Below, piece by piece: positions 62,495-64,000 of a stretch of 64,000 nucleotides of DNA (within the stretch, counting starts at the first letter, position 1; every line of letters starts with the position of its first letter). The DNA is from Podospora anserina (lineage: Eukaryota). A model generated the notes under the pieces. It was not told where the DNA came from. It searched no databases and saw only the letters and a program-made list of their open reading frames with translations. The DNA lies in contig CM030332.1 of assembly GCA_017654855.1 (NCBI GenBank), positions 5,704,001-5,768,000 of the forward strand, given 5' to 3'. The position numbers and the translations under genes are program-made.

Positions 62495-63632
62495 ATGGGC
62501 TTCTTTGACTCAATCGCCAACGCCTTCTCCTGTGATGGCATCGCCACCCGCATCCTCGAAAAGGTGCCCGTCGTCGGCTACGGCGTCGCTGGAGTTCAAG
62601 CCCTAGCCGGCAACACAGAACATGCCAAACGAGCCCTTGCCACCAGCACCAACAGTCTAATCACCACGGCCGGTGCCGTCGGTGGTATGGTTGTCGGTGG
62701 ACCAGCTGGTGCCATAGCAGGTGGTGCAGCAGCGTCCACCATCGGCTTGGGCACTGAGTACGCCATCAGCACCACCATCAACGACAAGGACGTCAAGGGC
62801 GATGTTGGGGAGGTTACCGTGCAGAGAGTTGTGACCGACATGGCCATCGGTGGTGTTTCTGGCTTGATTGGCGGCGGAGCTGGTGCCACTGCTGCAGGCA
62901 AGGCAGCAGGTAAAGCCGCGATTGAGGCCACGGCGTCGACGTTGGCCAAGACTGGCTTTGAGGGTGCTGCCAAGGTCATCATCACCAATGTTGGAAAGAG
63001 TGCGGCGGGAGCTGTCACAACTGGTAGTTTGGCATCGCTTGTCCAGGGTGCTAGCAAGTAAGTTTGTGTCTCTTGCGATCTTATTGGTCACACCGCTAAC
63101 TCATGGGCTTAGAAACGTCTTCAACAACACCCCCAACGTCAAGGAACCCGAGCCCAAGCCACCCAAAGTGAGAAAGGTGACGCAGAACCAAGACGCCAGG
63201 GCCAAGGATTTGATCCAGGACCTCAAGGCCTTTGTCCTCCAGTACCCTCTCTACTGGCTCAACGACGCCTACGCGCAAGTCCATCTCTACTGGGATCCCG
63301 TTGTCATTGCCGGCTTGCCTTGGGACCCGGCGAATCAAGCTGTGCAGGGACAGTATCAGGCCTTTCAGCAGAAGAAGACAGGGAACCCAGCGTTGAACGA
63401 GAAGCCGTTACGTCAAAAGATCTATGAGGAGCTCAAGCAGATTGTTGATGACCACAACAATGGAGTACAGCTTGGGGGGAACAAGCAGAAGATTCTGGAC
63501 ATGATTATCAAGAAGGAGCCTGGGGGATTTAATGCAGTTTGGGGTGAGGTTGAGTCGGAGATGAATCTGAGGGATCTGAGGCTGCAGAGCTTCAGCGAGC
63601 TGATGATTTTGGAGGTTGAGTTTATGGATTGA
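62495..63632 (+). CDS. Hypothetical 360-aa protein with N-terminal glycine-zipper hydrophobic domain and charged helical C-terminal domain (2 exons)
   Basis: Intron 63058-63112 (GTAAGT...GCTAAC...TAG) joins ORF 62474 to the 62868 frame; GAVGGMVVGGPAGAIAGG and GGVSGLIGGGAG motifs. Confidence 0.8.
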
Positions 63633-64000
63633 GTGTGGAACGAACGGAGGGATTTGCCTGGCGGGCGGGGTTCAAGGTTTGGGATTGTGTTGGCATATCA
63701 TAATATGTATGATAGAAGCAGATGGAAGAAGGCTGTGGTGTGGTGACTTGCTCGGAAGCTGTTGATTATACGTCCTTTGGGTGTCAATATCTAACTGCAA
63801 ATACACAAGAGAACTAGACTTTCTGGCTCAATAGTGATGACCTTGTAATTCACTTGGGCAGATACCAGAAAGAGGTGCGTCGACATACTCTGAGGTGGAA
63901 GAGGAGTACACCCACTTCAGGTTCGAAGGACACTCTTGGAGAGGGAATGATGGGGCAGCATATTCATGGTTGTGAGGTGTGTGTCAGGAGATTGATGCAA

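Overview
Gene-dense 64 kb of a filamentous ascomycete chromosome. Short GT/GC-AG introns with CTAAC/CTGAC branch sites and RIP-like AT-rich repeat relics suggest Sordariales, possibly Podospora (inference). It holds about 28 genes or pseudogenes: an AA9 LPMO with CBM1, a secreted beta-propeller lactonase, a GH71 glucanase, an S28 peptidase, an amidase, an agmatinase-type ureohydrolase, two FAD monooxygenases, an SDR, a 3-beta-HSD-like enzyme, two Zn2Cys6 regulators, a divergent Ctr copper transporter / ferric-cupric reductase pair, a frameshifted carotenoid oxygenase and several decayed genes. There is also a solo-LTR-like repeat present twice and a nest of LTR relics at 58.4-59.9 kb. The standout is the gene at 1368-2654: an F-box protein whose N-terminus is a near-perfect histone H3 tail (MARTKQTARKSTGGRAPRRRL; K4 and K9 kept, K14 and K18 changed to Arg), followed by a second, degenerate H3-tail copy and no histone fold. 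It is a candidate histone-mimic SCF ubiquitin-ligase adaptor. All calls come from reading the sequence by eye; no database searches were run.
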